Below, piece by piece: positions 1-7,009 of a DNA stretch of 10,106 bases. The stretch is from assembly GCA_019057475.1 (NCBI GenBank), contig DXJO01000053.1, positions 1-10,106 on the forward strand, given 5' to 3'. Under the pieces are notes generated by a model. It saw only the letters and a list, made by a program, of their open reading frames with translations. It ran no database searches and was not told the origin of the DNA. Within the stretch, counting starts at the first letter, position 1, and each line of letters opens with the position of its first letter. The DNA is from Candidatus Thorarchaeota archaeon. GTDB taxonomy: Archaea; Asgardarchaeota; Thorarchaeia; Thorarchaeales; Thorarchaeaceae. Both the position numbers and the translations under genes were made by a program.

Positions 1-100
1 TCCTGCTTCATCGAGGTTGCTTTTTGTTAATTCTGAAGAATTAACTGAAAGTCTTACGTCCTCTCCACGGGCATTTTACGTCCCCGGCCAACTGACGGTG
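1..100 (-). mobile_element. IS200/IS605-family (TnpB/IS1341-type) right-end omegaRNA/reRNA-like scaffold, partial (continues off the left edge), no tnpB ORF upstream
   Basis: Minus strand reads CACCGTCAGTTGGCCGGGGACGTAAAATGCCCGTGGAGAGGACGTAAGAC-[hairpin]-GCAACCTCGATGAAGCAGGA. This matches the recalled tnpB 3' tail pattern ACCG..GG..ANGCCTGTGGAGA..GTAAGAC..CTCGNTGAAGCAGGAA, whose translated remnant here is TVSWPGT*NARGEDVRL. Visible pairings are GAGG/CCTC, CTTT/AAAG and a perfect 9-bp inverted repeat at 26-45. Recognised from memory, not by a covariance-model search. Confidence 0.7.
26..45. repeat. Perfect 9-bp inverted repeat GTTAATTCT-GA-AGAATTAAC (variable stem-loop of the omegaRNA-like element)
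   Basis: Seen directly. On the minus strand it is extended by CTTT/AAAG pairing. Confidence 0.9.
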
Positions 101-284
101 ACGATAGAGTCATCCTTGGACTTGGTTCTCGTCCTGGATTGACACTACATGTACAGGTTCTTCTCTGGAGTATATTAACACCTACAAAAAAGGTCTTCGA
201 TTCGCTATTCATCTAAGAGATGTCCAGCTTTGTACAGGTTTTCTGCAGCTGTTACATACCCTCTTCGTCGAGAGATCGGGACAG

Positions 285-419
285 ATGCTTGACACACAAC
301 ACTCACAACTCCCCAGTCAGACATGTTATGATTATTCATTGCTCATTGCCGGGGTCGCCATTGTGACTGCGGTAATGGTCTTCGCACTAATCATCATGCG
401 GACAAGACGGCATCAGTGA
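285..419 (+). CDS. Small single-TM protein (44 aa) or C-terminal remnant of a membrane-anchored protein
   Basis: MLDTQHSQLPSQTCYDYSLLIAGVAIVTAVMVFALIIMRTRRHQ*: about 20 hydrophobic residues followed by a basic tail. The frame is open from 108 but has no ATG before 285. It overlaps the nikR 3' end by 7 nt (convergent). Confidence 0.4.
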   Translation: MLDTQHSQLPSQTCYDYSLLIAGVAIVTAVMVFALIIMRTRRHQ

Positions 420-841
420 GTATGATCGCTTTGCGTTTCCATCGGGATGGAGTAGGTGAACACCTTGGCATGCTCCACGCCTGAGATACCACTTATCTCA
501 TCAGCTAGATTTTCAATCTCCTTCTTGCTGCCCTTCAGTACTATCACCTCTAAACAGTGCGAATGCGTGGCGTGAACGTGAACACTGGATATGACATGAG
601 CTTTGCCATTGTGCTGTGTTCTGACCAGCTTCGCCATCAGGCTTGGCTTATGCTGATACACTATGTTCAGTGTTGCTAAGCCCCCAGTCTGTTCTGACTC
701 CCACTTTGATTGTGAGATGTAGCCGCGCATTGCATCTCTGATGGCCTCCGACCTACCCACGTATCCTTTCTTTCTTACAATCTCATCGAACCTCTCAAGG
801 AGGTCCTCAGGAACCGAAACTCCGAATCTCTTGAGACCCAT
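413..841 (-). CDS. nikR: Nickel-responsive transcriptional regulator NikR (RHH + NikR_C)
   Basis: RHH segment KRFGVSVPEDLLERFDEIVRKKGYVGRSEAIRDAMR. Ni ligand pattern TQH...HVH....C (SSVHVHATHSHCLEVIVLKG). Start moved to the ATG at 841 because GAGGTGA (SD) lies 8 nt upstream. Divergent from a Ni/Co transporter operon. Confidence 0.95.
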   Translation of the reverse strand: MGLKRFGVSVPEDLLERFDEIVRKKGYVGRSEAIRDAMRGYISQSKWESEQTGGLATLNIVYQHKPSLMAKLVRTQHNGKAHVISSVHVHATHSHCLEVIVLKGSKKEIENLADEISGISGVEHAKVFTYSIPMETQSDHTH

Positions 842-859
842 GACACACTTCACCTCAAT

Positions 860-887
860 AGTAACACGAATTCAAGAGAAGTAACAC
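860..887. promoter_or_regulatory. Putative NikR operator: GTAACAC-N13-GTAACAC in the nikR/cbiM divergent promoter region
   Basis: AGTAACAC occurs at 860-867 and 880-887 (20-bp period), directly upstream of an AT-rich CATAAA box. Two short half-sites with a long spacer is the established NikR operator architecture. Confidence 0.55.
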
Positions 888-938
888 ACATAAACCGTGC
901 TGTAAGGCAAATCATGATTCCAGTGGAGTGATAATGAA

Positions 939-1667
939 TTGCATGTTCCTGACGGCCCTCTACCACTTTGGGTATACCTGCTTTTCCTAGTGGTTAGCCT
1001 ATCAATTTTGGGAATATCTATACGTCGCATAAATCGGAAGTTCGATGATAGGATGGTACCGTACCTTGGTGTCCTAGCCGCAGTGATCTTTGCTGCTCAG
1101 CTGGTCAACTTTCCGCTTCCTCCCACAAGTGGTCATTTGGTGGGGTCTACGTTGCTTGCCGTGATGGTAGGGCCATTTGCAGCAGTCGTGATAATGGCAC
1201 AGGTTCTCCTCGTTCAGGCGTTCTATGGGGATGGTGGATTTCTCGCTTACGGCCTGAATCTGTTCAACATGGGGGTGTTTGCATCCTTCTTTGGCTGGTT
1301 CGTTGCCCTAGTGCTGTTCAAGGTCCTCAAGAGAGCAGTCGACGAGAAGGTTGCGGTGTTGATTGCAACCACAATTGCCTCCTTTGTGTCGACTGTGGCC
1401 TCAGCATTTGTGCTTGGTCTTGAATTGATGACTATACCCGGTTTTGGCTTGGAGGCGTTGATTGTGATAGTGGTTGTGCATGCTTTCATTGGTGTGGGGG
1501 AAGCAGTCCTGACATTCTTCATTCTGCTTTACTTCATTCGTGCAAAACCTCAGCTGATTTCATTCCTGTCAGGAAGCAAAACTGCAGAGATGGCTAAGGT
1601 TGCTGAAGCTCCATGGGCAAGCCCGCAAGAAGTCATACCAGTTACCGTAGTAGGAGGATCCACCTGA
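939..1667 (+). CDS. cbiM: Ni/Co ECF transporter substrate-binding S component CbiM/NikM
   Basis: TTG start gives the canonical N-terminus MHVPDG. Motifs AAVIFAAQLVNFP, SGHLVG, QAFYGDGG..AYGLNLFNM and HAFIGVGEA. Multiple TM segments. SD GGAGTGA at 925-931. Confidence 0.95.
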   Translation: MHVPDGPLPLWVYLLFLVVSLSILGISIRRINRKFDDRMVPYLGVLAAVIFAAQLVNFPLPPTSGHLVGSTLLAVMVGPFAAVVIMAQVLLVQAFYGDGGFLAYGLNLFNMGVFASFFGWFVALVLFKVLKRAVDEKVAVLIATTIASFVSTVASAFVLGLELMTIPGFGLEALIVIVVVHAFIGVGEAVLTFFILLYFIRAKPQLISFLSGSKTAEMAKVAEAPWASPQEVIPVTVVGGST

Positions 1668-1951
1668 TGGAGCGAAATGAGAGTGCCAAGTTCGTATTGC
1701 CGATAGTCGTAGTGCTAATTGCGATAGTTAGCATCGTCATTCTAGGTGGTCTGGCCTCAGGGAACCCTGACGGTTTCGAATGGTCGCTCTTTGACTATGC
1801 TGAAGTTACTGAGCCGGAAGGTAGCTTCGAAGGCATCTGGTCGTTCCTAGGCGAAGGTCTAGTTGTTGATGTGATAACCGGTGTGGTCGGAATTGTCGGT
1901 GTTCTGCTATTGGGCTATCTACTATTCAGGTTGACCTCTCGCAGGAACTAA
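1667..1951 (+). CDS. nikN: PDGLE-domain NikN-like accessory membrane subunit
   Basis: ATG overlaps the cbiM stop (TGATG), with SD AGGAGGA upstream. Two TM helices flank ASGNPDGFE (PDGLE motif). Confidence 0.88.
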   Translation: MERNESAKFVLPIVVVLIAIVSIVILGGLASGNPDGFEWSLFDYAEVTEPEGSFEGIWSFLGEGLVVDVITGVVGIVGVLLLGYLLFRLTSRRN

Positions 1952-1992
1952 TCCGGCATGTTGGAATTCGGAGCTGAAGGAGCCTCATCGAA

Positions 1993-2778
1993 ATGGCCAA
2001 GTTCGTACTTCCTTTCATTGAGGGCCGGTCGGACTCGAGCTCGTTCTCTCCGACCGCCATGCTTGTGACAGCTCTAGCCTTTGCTGTCATTGTGTCAGTT
2101 CAGACAAGTCCAGCTATTACCATGGTATTGATTGCAGTTGTTCTGCTTGGTGGCACTTTAGCTCGTACGAAATGGCGATCAGTTTTTTCGTTGGCTACAA
2201 AGCTGGAAGTGTTTGTTCTTCTCTGGATACTGCTTGAGCCTTTCCTCTATGGCACTACCGTAGTGGCGGTGTTCACGATGCCTTGGGGGCCTGTGCATGT
2301 GTACTCGGAGGGAATTGCATTTGGAATTCTTCTGGGCTTGAGGATGTTCTGCATCCTCCTCATGTTCATCGCAACACTCTCTCACATGTCGCTCGCTGGT
2401 TTCATTGGAGCTTTGAGAACGTTGAGGGTTCCGAGCAGTTTCGTAGGCTCCATGCTCATCATGTTGCGGTACATCCCTTTGTTCACCGAGGAGAGAACTC
2501 GCATGCAGGATGCTCAGGCTCTCCGTGGGTATGAGCGCGGAGTCCGAAGAAGCAGGGTTGAGTCATTGGGGTTCCTTCTAGGCTCGATGATAGATCGTGC
2601 TTTCAATCGTAGTGTGGCTGTATATGAATCAATGATTCTCAGGGGCTTTGGGAGAGGGATGCATAGCAAAGGTGCTGGCTTAAGAAGGAATGATGCAGCT
2701 CTTCTGATGCTCTTGCTAATTCTTGTGCTATCTCTGGTCTTCATCCTGCCAGATATCATGGGGGTGCTTGTGTTTTGA
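1993..2778 (+). CDS. cbiQ: ECF transporter transmembrane T component CbiQ/NikQ
   Basis: Hydrophobic protein with the T-component motifs ALRTLRVPS..MLRYIPLFTEERTRMQDAQALRG and RAFNRSVAVYESMILRGF. Operon context agrees. Confidence 0.92.
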   Translation: MAKFVLPFIEGRSDSSSFSPTAMLVTALAFAVIVSVQTSPAITMVLIAVVLLGGTLARTKWRSVFSLATKLEVFVLLWILLEPFLYGTTVVAVFTMPWGPVHVYSEGIAFGILLGLRMFCILLMFIATLSHMSLAGFIGALRTLRVPSSFVGSMLIMLRYIPLFTEERTRMQDAQALRGYERGVRRSRVESLGFLLGSMIDRAFNRSVAVYESMILRGFGRGMHSKGAGLRRNDAALLMLLLILVLSLVFILPDIMGVLVF

Positions 2779-3554
2779 CCTGTGCAATAGATGTGTGTGG
2801 CGTATACTTCAGATATGAGAACTTCTCGATGGAAGACATCAACATGGAGCTTCACATTGGTGAGCAAAAGGCCATGGTGGGTCTCAACGGATCGGGCAAG
2901 ACAACATTGTTCAAACTGCTTCTGGGCTTGCTTGAGCCGACATCTGGCGAAATCCACATCATGGATAGAAAGGTTGACAGAGAGGGCCTCTGGGAGGTTC
3001 GTCAGAATGTTGGATTCCTCTTCCAGAACCCTGACGATCAGCTCTTCTCACCAACTGTTTGGGAAGATGTATCCTTCGGTCCTAGGAATCTAGGCCTATC
3101 AGAAGATGAAATCGAAGAAAGAGCCGAGTGGGCACTAAGTATCGTTGGTATGTCTGATTTTGCTAATCGGCCCGTGAATCAGATGAGTCATGGACAAGCT
3201 AAGAGAGTAGCTCTGGCTGGGGTCGTGGCTATGCGCCCGCAGATTCTTCTCCTTGATGAACCGTTTACAGGCTTGGACTTCCCGATGGTATCGGGCATTG
3301 TAGATATCATCGAGGAATTGAGGGGTGCGGGTATAAGTGTCCTGTACACTACACATAACAGATTCTTCCTTGAGAACTGGGCTGATTCCGTGCTTGTCCT
3401 GAACAATGGTCGGGTCGTCTACGATGGTCCGATTGATGAAGCCTTGGAAACTCCCTTGGTTCTGGAACAGATTGGCAACTGGAATCACCTCGCTCAGAAG
3501 ATGGCAGCTTCCCGAACCCGGGTGCGAGAGATTGGCTTTTCTGCAAATGGGTAA
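2775..3554 (+). CDS. cbiO: ECF transporter ATPase CbiO/NikO
   Basis: Walker A GLNGSGKTT, Q-loop FLFQNPDDQLF, signature MSHGQAKRV, Walker B ILLLDEP, H-loop TTHN. TTG start overlaps the cbiQ stop (TTGA). Confidence 0.95.
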   Translation: MTCAIDVCGVYFRYENFSMEDINMELHIGEQKAMVGLNGSGKTTLFKLLLGLLEPTSGEIHIMDRKVDREGLWEVRQNVGFLFQNPDDQLFSPTVWEDVSFGPRNLGLSEDEIEERAEWALSIVGMSDFANRPVNQMSHGQAKRVALAGVVAMRPQILLLDEPFTGLDFPMVSGIVDIIEELRGAGISVLYTTHNRFFLENWADSVLVLNNGRVVYDGPIDEALETPLVLEQIGNWNHLAQKMAASRTRVREIGFSANG

Positions 3555-3575
3555 GAGAAATTCCGTCTGTTTGGG

Positions 3576-3590
3576 CGATATGGTTAAAAG
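3576..3590 (+). promoter_or_regulatory. Putative BRE/TATA promoter of tRNA-Leu
   Basis: CGATATGGTTAAAAG, ending about 29 nt upstream of the mature tRNA 5' end. Confidence 0.5.
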
Positions 3591-3618
3591 GCTCCAAAGG
3601 GGCCGTTCACGCAACTTT

Positions 3619-3706
3619 GCGGAGGTTGCCAAGCCAGGTTAAAGGCGCAGGGCTCAGATCCCTGTCTCGTAGGAGTTCGCGAGTTCAAATCTCGCCCTCC
3701 GCACCA
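3619..3706 (+). tRNA. tRNA-Leu(CAG), intronless, CCA encoded
   Basis: Acceptor stem GCGGAGG/CCTCCGC, discriminator A, then CCA. D arm GCC..GGC. Anticodon stem CAGGG/CCCTG with loop CTCAGAT (CAG at 3655-3657). Long variable arm CTC-GTAG-GAG. T arm GCGAG-TTCAAAT-CTCGC. Confidence 0.97.
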
Positions 3707-3738
3707 TTCCTTCTTGCTGGCGTGTATTCATTGTCGAG

Positions 3739-4179
3739 CTATTCCATGTTGGACATCAAGAACATTGTTTCCAATCTGTCTATTCCTTCAAGCTTCTCCA
3801 GATTGCCGGTGATGAACGCGGAGAGTTCCAGCATATCACGGAAGTGGCAGATGCAGATGAGATGTGCAGGTCCTGCGGTCCAGTACACTCTCGATACCTG
3901 TTCATAGCGATTGAGAGTTGCACAGATGCTCTCCGAGAATCCGGGCTTGCAGGTAATCATCGCTACCACTTGGATCTCAAAGCCTAGCTTGCGCCTATCA
4001 ACGTCAACAGTGAATCTCTCAATAAAGCCGTTCTCAACAAGACGTGCTATCCTAGTCCTTATTGAACTGGGGCTCAGATTGACATCCTTGGCAATCTCTC
4101 TCAAGGAACTTCTGGCATCCTTTGTGAGAATGGCCACTATCTGACGGTCTCGTTCATCAATCCTGTCTACAGAACCCAC
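3739..4179 (-). CDS. Lrp/AsnC family transcriptional regulator
   Basis: HTH IDERDRQIVAILTKDARSSLREIAKDVNLSPSSIRTRIARLVENGFIERFTVDVD..KLG plus a C-terminal RAM domain. Start placed at GTG 4179, with GGAGG upstream and a TATA-like ATTTATCA near 4222-4229. Confidence 0.93.
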   Translation of the reverse strand: MGSVDRIDERDRQIVAILTKDARSSLREIAKDVNLSPSSIRTRIARLVENGFIERFTVDVDRRKLGFEIQVVAMITCKPGFSESICATLNRYEQVSRVYWTAGPAHLICICHFRDMLELSAFITGNLEKLEGIDRLETMFLMSNME

Positions 4180-4275
4180 TTGAAGCGCTCCTCCGGCGCT
4201 CACAGCGTGTCCACAACCACATGATAAATCGTTGGTGTGTCTACTGAGGAACAGGAGAATTCTCAAGCAATTCCG

Positions 4276-4674
4276 TTATGACTTGACTCTAACGATGATT
4301 TGCCGTCCCATCAAATCCCAGACCTCAACTTCAACATTGTTTGTAATCTTGGAGGCGAGTTCCTCATCAGCAGGCCTAGATACCTCATAGGTCTCATAGG
4401 TTTCGCTATCCATGAGGTTGAGGGTTTCTCCCATGTCTGTGATAACTGTGGCGGTCTTCTTATCAATCAGCGGAACATCCACCATCCGATCTGCGGGCGT
4501 AATCACATTACGTTTCCTCTTGTCGAAGAAACCCACGGCAACTATATTGGCCTTCGCAGATCCGTGCTTCCCCGGCTTGGACTTCTCAATTGATATTACT
4601 CTGCAAGGCTCACCGTCAATTAGGAAGTAACCTCCCGGTTTCAAGCTTTTCACGATTGTCTTCTTGATGCTCAA
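4276..4674 (-). CDS. eif5a: Translation factor aIF5A (eIF-5A)
   Basis: Hypusination motif SKPGKHGSAKA. 132 aa. TTG start with GGTGA SD. Confidence 0.97.
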   Translation of the reverse strand: MSIKKTIVKSLKPGGYFLIDGEPCRVISIEKSKPGKHGSAKANIVAVGFFDKRKRNVITPADRMVDVPLIDKKTATVITDMGETLNLMDSETYETYEVSRPADEELASKITNNVEVEVWDLMGRQIIVRVKS

Positions 4675-4832
4675 CTAATCTCACCAATCCAGTCTAGCAG
4701 ACCGTGTATGACCACTGACCCCTGCCTGTATTCAAATACTTTGTGGGGGATGATTGGTGGGGCCCAGTGTGTCTGCCCAACAGCAAGAGTAAAAGGCAAG
4801 CATTCCGAGGCCGAGATGAGAAGTGTGTTTCC

Positions 4833-5702
4833 ATGATTGAGGAGAGTCCAGAGGTTCTGACCGACCGAAGAGCGGTGGGTATTGTATGCCGGAAGGACCG
4901 CCCCGAGATTGAGCCCATAGCAAGAAAGGTTGTAGACTTCCTTCTGTCGAAGAAAATCAACGTCTGTATGGACACAGGGTCTTGTCAGGGAGTCAGTAAT
5001 GGGTTTGAGCGGACCGAAATCTCTGTGATGGACGTCGATTTTGTTGTCACCATTGGGGGGGATGGCACAATACTCTACACATTATCACAGCTTAAGAACC
5101 GACAGACTCCACTCTTCTGCATCAATCGCGGTACGGTAGGTTTCTTGACTGAGAGTGGTCCTGAAACAGCTGTGAGTCACCTCCAGAAGGCAATCAACAA
5201 TGAATGTGTAATTGAACAGAATATCAACATAGCCTCTGGAGTTGGAGATAGATCGTTTGATGATGCACTGAACGAAGTCTATGTGGTTTCAGCCACGCCC
5301 GGCAGGCTTCTTACGTTTCTAATCTATCTAGACGGTATTCGTGTGGACTTTGGCCGAGCAGATGGGGCCATGGTTGCTACACCCACGGGGTCAACAGCAT
5401 ATGCACTTGCTGCAGGAGGGTCTATCCTTACGCCCGGTGTACACGGGCTCATATTCGTGCCAGTCTGCCCTCCAAGATTCGAGCTGAAGTCCCTTGTCAT
5501 TCCCGATGATAGTCTAGTAGAGATTGAGCTCGTGAAGCGAGATGCCCCTGGTCTGGCGGTTATAGACGGCCAATCAAGATGGGAGGTCGAGCCCAAAGAA
5601 ACCGTCTGGGCTAAGAAGGCTGAGGGAGTCACTCGCTTTATCCGTCAAAAAGACAACTACTACGACCGTCTGAACACGAGGCTTGTGCCAAGAACGCTCT
5701 AG
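4833..5702 (+). CDS. nadK: NAD(+) kinase
   Basis: Motifs IGGDGTIL, INRGTVGFL, ALNEV, ADG..VATPTGSTAYALAAGG and IDGQ. Start uncertain: the ORF opens at 4743, but ATG 4833 is preferred on family length. Confidence 0.95.
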   Translation: MIEESPEVLTDRRAVGIVCRKDRPEIEPIARKVVDFLLSKKINVCMDTGSCQGVSNGFERTEISVMDVDFVVTIGGDGTILYTLSQLKNRQTPLFCINRGTVGFLTESGPETAVSHLQKAINNECVIEQNINIASGVGDRSFDDALNEVYVVSATPGRLLTFLIYLDGIRVDFGRADGAMVATPTGSTAYALAAGGSILTPGVHGLIFVPVCPPRFELKSLVIPDDSLVEIELVKRDAPGLAVIDGQSRWEVEPKETVWAKKAEGVTRFIRQKDNYYDRLNTRLVPRTL

Positions 5703-5711
5703 GTGTCTTCA

Positions 5712-6227
5712 ATGAAAGGAGTCTTTGTACTGGATGCTGCAGCACTGCTTTCCAACTGGACACAACAAAATCCTGATTCAGAGTTTGTTACTACTCAAGG
5801 CATTTTGGATGAGCTCCACAATAGGCCTAGTCGTGAGAGAGCCGAGCGCCTCGTTCTTATTGGACGTATGCGTGTTGCAGATTCTGATCCTGACTCTGTG
5901 AGGGCTGTAGGTCTTGCAGCTTCTAAGCTGGGCGACCTCCAAGTCCTCTCAGACAACGATGTATCGTTGCTTGCCGTTGCCCTGAGTATTCGAAGTGCAG
6001 GGAGAACAGTATCAATAGTATCCTCGGATCTCTCTGTGTTGAACACCTCAACAGCACTAGAATTTGGAATCGTCGATCTTACAGCCAAGATGCGTCATCA
6101 GATAACCTGGGTTCTTAGATGTCCCGCATGTGGGCACAATGAGCAGCAAGGCTCCAAGGAATCTGAATGTCCTGTATGTGGGACGAAACTAACTAGAAGA
6201 CGTAAGAAAAGCAAACGAATCGCTTGA
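5712..6227 (+). CDS. nob1: NOB1 family PIN-domain endoribonuclease with C-terminal Zn ribbon (SSU rRNA 3' maturation)
   Basis: PIN acidic motifs VLDAAAL, LDEL, LSDNDVSLLA and SSDLSVLN. Zn ribbon CPACG..CPVCG with a basic tail. ATG 5712 is preceded by AGGTG (alternative start GTG 5703). Confidence 0.88.
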   Translation: MKGVFVLDAAALLSNWTQQNPDSEFVTTQGILDELHNRPSRERAERLVLIGRMRVADSDPDSVRAVGLAASKLGDLQVLSDNDVSLLAVALSIRSAGRTVSIVSSDLSVLNTSTALEFGIVDLTAKMRHQITWVLRCPACGHNEQQGSKESECPVCGTKLTRRRKKSKRIA

Positions 6228-6299
6228 ATCAAGTGTTATTCTGGTAATACTCCTTGTTATCTTATCTTTTGGCAAGTTCCTGAATAGAGGCTTCACGAC

Positions 6300-6569
6300 A
6301 TGATTGACGAATCAACTCTTACTATCAACCGGGACCTTGATGATGTCAAAGCACAGGTCAAGCGTGAACTCGAAACAATTAAGGATCTCATGAACCTGTA
6401 CAGCTATCGTAACAGCCCTCCCGGTTGGGCCATGCCATTTCAGCTTCATAGATTACGCAGGACTCTGCGCATTCATTACTTGGCAATGAGAATTAGAGAA
6501 GCAGCTCCCGTCCCGACAGGGATGAGGGAACTTAGCTGGACACTAGACCCCAATATTGAACTCTCCTAA
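6300..6569 (+). CDS. Hypothetical protein (89 aa)
   Basis: ATG-initiated ORF that fills the gap between nob1 and yjbQ, with a helical/charged N-half. Its stop directly abuts the yjbQ stop. No recognisable motif. Confidence 0.55.
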   Translation: MIDESTLTINRDLDDVKAQVKRELETIKDLMNLYSYRNSPPGWAMPFQLHRLRRTLRIHYLAMRIREAAPVPTGMRELSWTLDPNIELS

Positions 6570-6989
6570 TCACTCTCCTACCAACATCACCTCAACCTTC
6601 CTGTTTCTGGACCGATTGTCGAAATCAACGAAGGCTATTTGCTGCCAGGTTCCAAGTGTCAATTGACTGTCAACAAAAGGAGCTGTCAGGCTGGGTCCCA
6701 CGATAGATGCCCTGATGTGAGAGTGACCGTTGCCATCCTGCCACCGCAAGTGATGCGCGTAAACTGCTTCAACTGGTGCTAGCCTTTCCATAGCTTCAGG
6801 AAAGTCTTTCAACAGCCCTTCTTCGTATTCTATGGTTACGATTGAGCCGGTCGACCCCACACAGAATACTGTGCAGATACCATTCTTGAAGCCACTGGCC
6901 CGAACAACACCTTCAACTTCTGATGTTATATCGACCATATCGCAGTTGCCACTGGTTTGGAAAGTCAGAGTGGAATGGTATGTTCCCAT
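6570..6989 (-). CDS. yjbQ: YjbQ/UPF0047 family protein (secondary thiamine-phosphate synthase-like)
   Basis: Motifs DITSEV, GICTVF..GSTG, YAHH..DGNGHSHIRAS..GPS and LGTWQQIAFVDFD. Confidence 0.93.
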   Translation of the reverse strand: MGTYHSTLTFQTSGNCDMVDITSEVEGVVRASGFKNGICTVFCVGSTGSIVTIEYEEGLLKDFPEAMERLAPVEAVYAHHLRWQDGNGHSHIRASIVGPSLTAPFVDSQLTLGTWQQIAFVDFDNRSRNRKVEVMLVGE

Positions 6990-7009
6990 CAATTTTCAGC
7001 TTCCTTTTC

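Noticed and set aside
1-412. CRISPR array or tandem repeat array in the left non-coding region
   Set aside because: Only isolated 8-10 bp repeats (TTACGTCC, TGTACAGGTT) with no regular repeat-spacer periodicity.
3653-3659. TCA in the anticodon loop suggesting an opal suppressor or tRNA-Sec
   Set aside because: The 5-bp stem and 7-nt loop register places CAG at 34-36. The 7-bp acceptor stem, A73 and variable arm are standard Leu.
3619-3740. tRNA as an integration site of an island
   Set aside because: No integrase and no duplicated tRNA 3' end were noticed, and the flanking genes are housekeeping.
3617-3907. 96-aa plus-strand ORF
   Set aside because: Overlaps the tRNA and is antisense to the Lrp gene, so it is spurious.
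4682-4769. Inverted repeats CACCAATC/GATTGGTG and CACTG-CCCC/GGGG-CAGTG in the aIF5A-nadK intergenic region (possible SD-sequestering switch)
   Set aside because: Short and widely spaced. The distal arm probably lies upstream of the aIF5A transcription start, so there is insufficient support.
6233-6250. GTGTTATT-CT-GGTAATAC imperfect palindrome resembling NikR half-sites
   Set aside because: The spacer is far too short for NikR and there is no metal-related gene context. At most it is a weak terminator hairpin.
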